Shown piece after piece: positions 61,937-64,000 of a stretch of 64,000 bases of DNA. How positions within the stretch are numbered: position 1 is the first letter of the stretch; each line of letters opens with the position of its first letter. Source of the stretch: Guillardia theta CCMP2712. Taxonomy: Eukaryota > Protista > Cryptophyta. The notes under the pieces are model-generated. The model had not been told where the DNA came from. It searched no databases and saw only the letters and a list, made by a program, of their open reading frames with translations. The translations under genes were made by a program, and so were the position numbers. The stretch lies in NCBI RefSeq assembly GCF_000315625.1, contig NW_005434673.1:1-64000 (forward strand). The letters are read 5' to 3'.

Positions 61937-62798
61937 GCCGAGGTCGCTTCAATCACACTGAAAACAGCAAATCCAAGTCATCAACAGCGGGTCGTGAGTT
62001 CAAACTCTATCAGAAACAATTTGAATTATCTTGGTTACGTGGAGATAATTCGTAAGATTAAAACCTCGTCCTTCTCCTGCCCCCTCCCTCCATCCTTATT
62101 TCTTTGTCTCGCTTCTTATCCTAGAATCGGGGGATCTCCTGAACTGAGAAATTCCTCACATAGCAACCAGCTTCTCTTCTACTACTGTTCTACACTTCTC
62201 CCCTGATTATAATCAGATCTCATCAAGTTTCTAATCTCTGATCTCTGATCGCTCATCTCTCATCTTTCATCTTTCATCTTTCATCTAGCGATTCTTAGCA
62301 TTTTCCGTCTGTTTCTTTTCTTCCCCCGTTCTTACGTCTCCTCTCCTATACTCCCCAACCCCCTGTGATTCCACCCCACCCCTTATTTTACTACCCCTAT
62401 TGACTAGTACCCCTACAGTCTATAGCACATTCCAGGAATCTGAAATCGCATCTGTTTGTTCCCCAGTACCCCTACCCTAATTTTGTCTCACTACCCCTAT
62501 CTCCCAGTGCGACCTCCTCTTCTTCGGAAGTTCCCTTTACAGGGCACACGGCCTCAAGAGTCTTGAACAGCCGGACCGCCGGGCCATGGCAGCCTGTCAG
62601 ACGGTCAAACCGGCGGCCCGGCTGGCCCGGCCGGTGGCAGGCCCCCGACGCACTGAAGCTGAGCTCAGCTGGACTCGGGCCAGCTGGACTAAAACGCCGA
62701 AGTTTCCGAAGTGACTGTGGCAGTTCACTGGCAGTCACGCGGGCCAAGTTGTGATGTAATGTCTGTAATCAAGTAAAGAAAACGGTGGCTATGATGCG

Positions 62799-64000
62799 CT
62801 ACAACTTTGAGTTGTAACGATTAGGTAAACGCGCGGGGCTCTGGAGGAACGTTTGTTTTCTTGGCGTCTTGATCCTTTGCGGAGTCCCCAGGCCTGTTCT
62901 GACGATCTCGTTCACCTTGGAGGAAAACTTCAAAGGAGTTCTCGCATCCTTGCATGTCTCTGGCTCAGAGCTTTGCAGTAGATGGTTACGTGGCCCTCCA
63001 GGAGTAGGCCTGACAAGGATGTCAGAAATCTACCGCGATCGAGAAAGTGTCACCTGGAAGGAGTTTCTCTACGAAAATTTTTCATGGGAGTTGTAACTCG
63101 GATGATGTCTTCACACATACCTGCTCACATTGACCGTCTGTGAATGGAAAACTTTCCTATACCAACAAGAGGAAGAAGGCATTACCCGTTATTCTTCTAC
63201 AAAAGTCCTTCGCGCTTTCTTGCTCAACATCCCTCCTCCTCTTGCGTTCATCTTTCATCTTCTGATACAACTCGCTGCAAACGATTTCTGATCGATGTGG
63301 AGTTCTTGCTGAAAGCGAAGGACGGTCGCAGTAGCCCGGGCTCTTGCTTTCATGGTCGTTGGGCAGTCGATGTGCTTCATAGTAAACGTCATCACACTGA
63401 AAGAAAACTTCGAAATCAGTTGAACTCTGAATCTCACCTGACTTCAATGTTGTAGGAGAATTTCTTGAGTTATTGTTTGGCAAGTCCCATTTCCTAGACA
63501 ATATTGTCAATGGGACGAGGACAACTATGCTCAAGGAAACATTTACATCTTTCCTCCTTCGTCTTGAGCCAAGCAAAATTCATGACAGGAAGACAATGCA
63601 AGGGCTTCTTCTTGATTGATATCATTCTTCGGTGTGTTTTTCGGACTCTTGATGGTTCCAAACTTCTTGCTGAGTGAGTTTGGCGAATGCTCTTTACCAT
63701 CAGGAGAATCCTTCACGGGTGTCTGATTTCCCGGCGATCTGAGCTTAGGTGAGAATTTCCGTCCGTTTGAGATCACATCCCTTGAAGGAGAACTATCGTC
63801 CTGACGGTGAAGTGAATACAAGGTAAGATCAAACATCAGTGCAAACCTGCTCCTGCGATTGCAAAGCCAATATTTCCTTGCGGGCACCCTCATGATTCAC
63901 AAGTTCAGATATGATGTCCTTTGTCTACAGAGTAAAGTCAATTGGATTGCATGATAGCGCATCTGATTCAAAACTCCCAACCTTCCTTGAAGCCTTGATA
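62799..64000 (-). CDS. 3' part of a low-complexity Ser/Lys-rich protein of unknown function (partial)
   Basis: ORFs 63543..63893 and 63157..63576 plus short exons ending ...RYNSKL*. Confidence 0.4.

Overview
Eukaryotic nuclear DNA, gene-dense, with many ~45-55 nt GT-AG introns that fragment the ORF track. Plant-type telomeric (CCCTAAA)n tracts, signal-peptide-led PPR and MutS2 proteins and a flagellar DNAAF3 suggest a flagellated alga with a complex plastid (cryptophyte, Guillardia-like; this is inference). The first ~6 kb look like a left chromosome end. It holds a head-to-tail array of four related non-LTR retroelement copies separated by short telomeric tracts: A (5' part, ORF open off the window edge), B (5'-truncated, CCHC plus restriction-like endonuclease), C (internally deleted, non-autonomous) and D (3'-truncated and telomere-healed, with a tandemly amplified 5' motif). 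The rest holds about 18 genes: a coiled-coil protein, RPB8, a CNBD ion channel, a PPR protein, a ~1600-aa single-pass receptor, a vWA/coiled-coil protein, an ankyrin protein, a conserved unknown membrane protein, malic enzyme, DNAAF3 fused to YL1_C, a MORN protein, a tandem ubiquitin-like protein, a laminin-IV/WW/repeat protein, a coiled-coil protein, MutS2, D-lactate dehydrogenase and partial unknown genes. The two strongest candidates for novelty are (1) the receptor, with two ANF-type ligand-binding domains outside and a RelA/SpoT-like (alarmone synthetase-like) domain inside, and (2) the telomere-targeted RLE retrotransposon family. All domain calls come from motifs recognised by eye, and exon boundaries were inferred manually.
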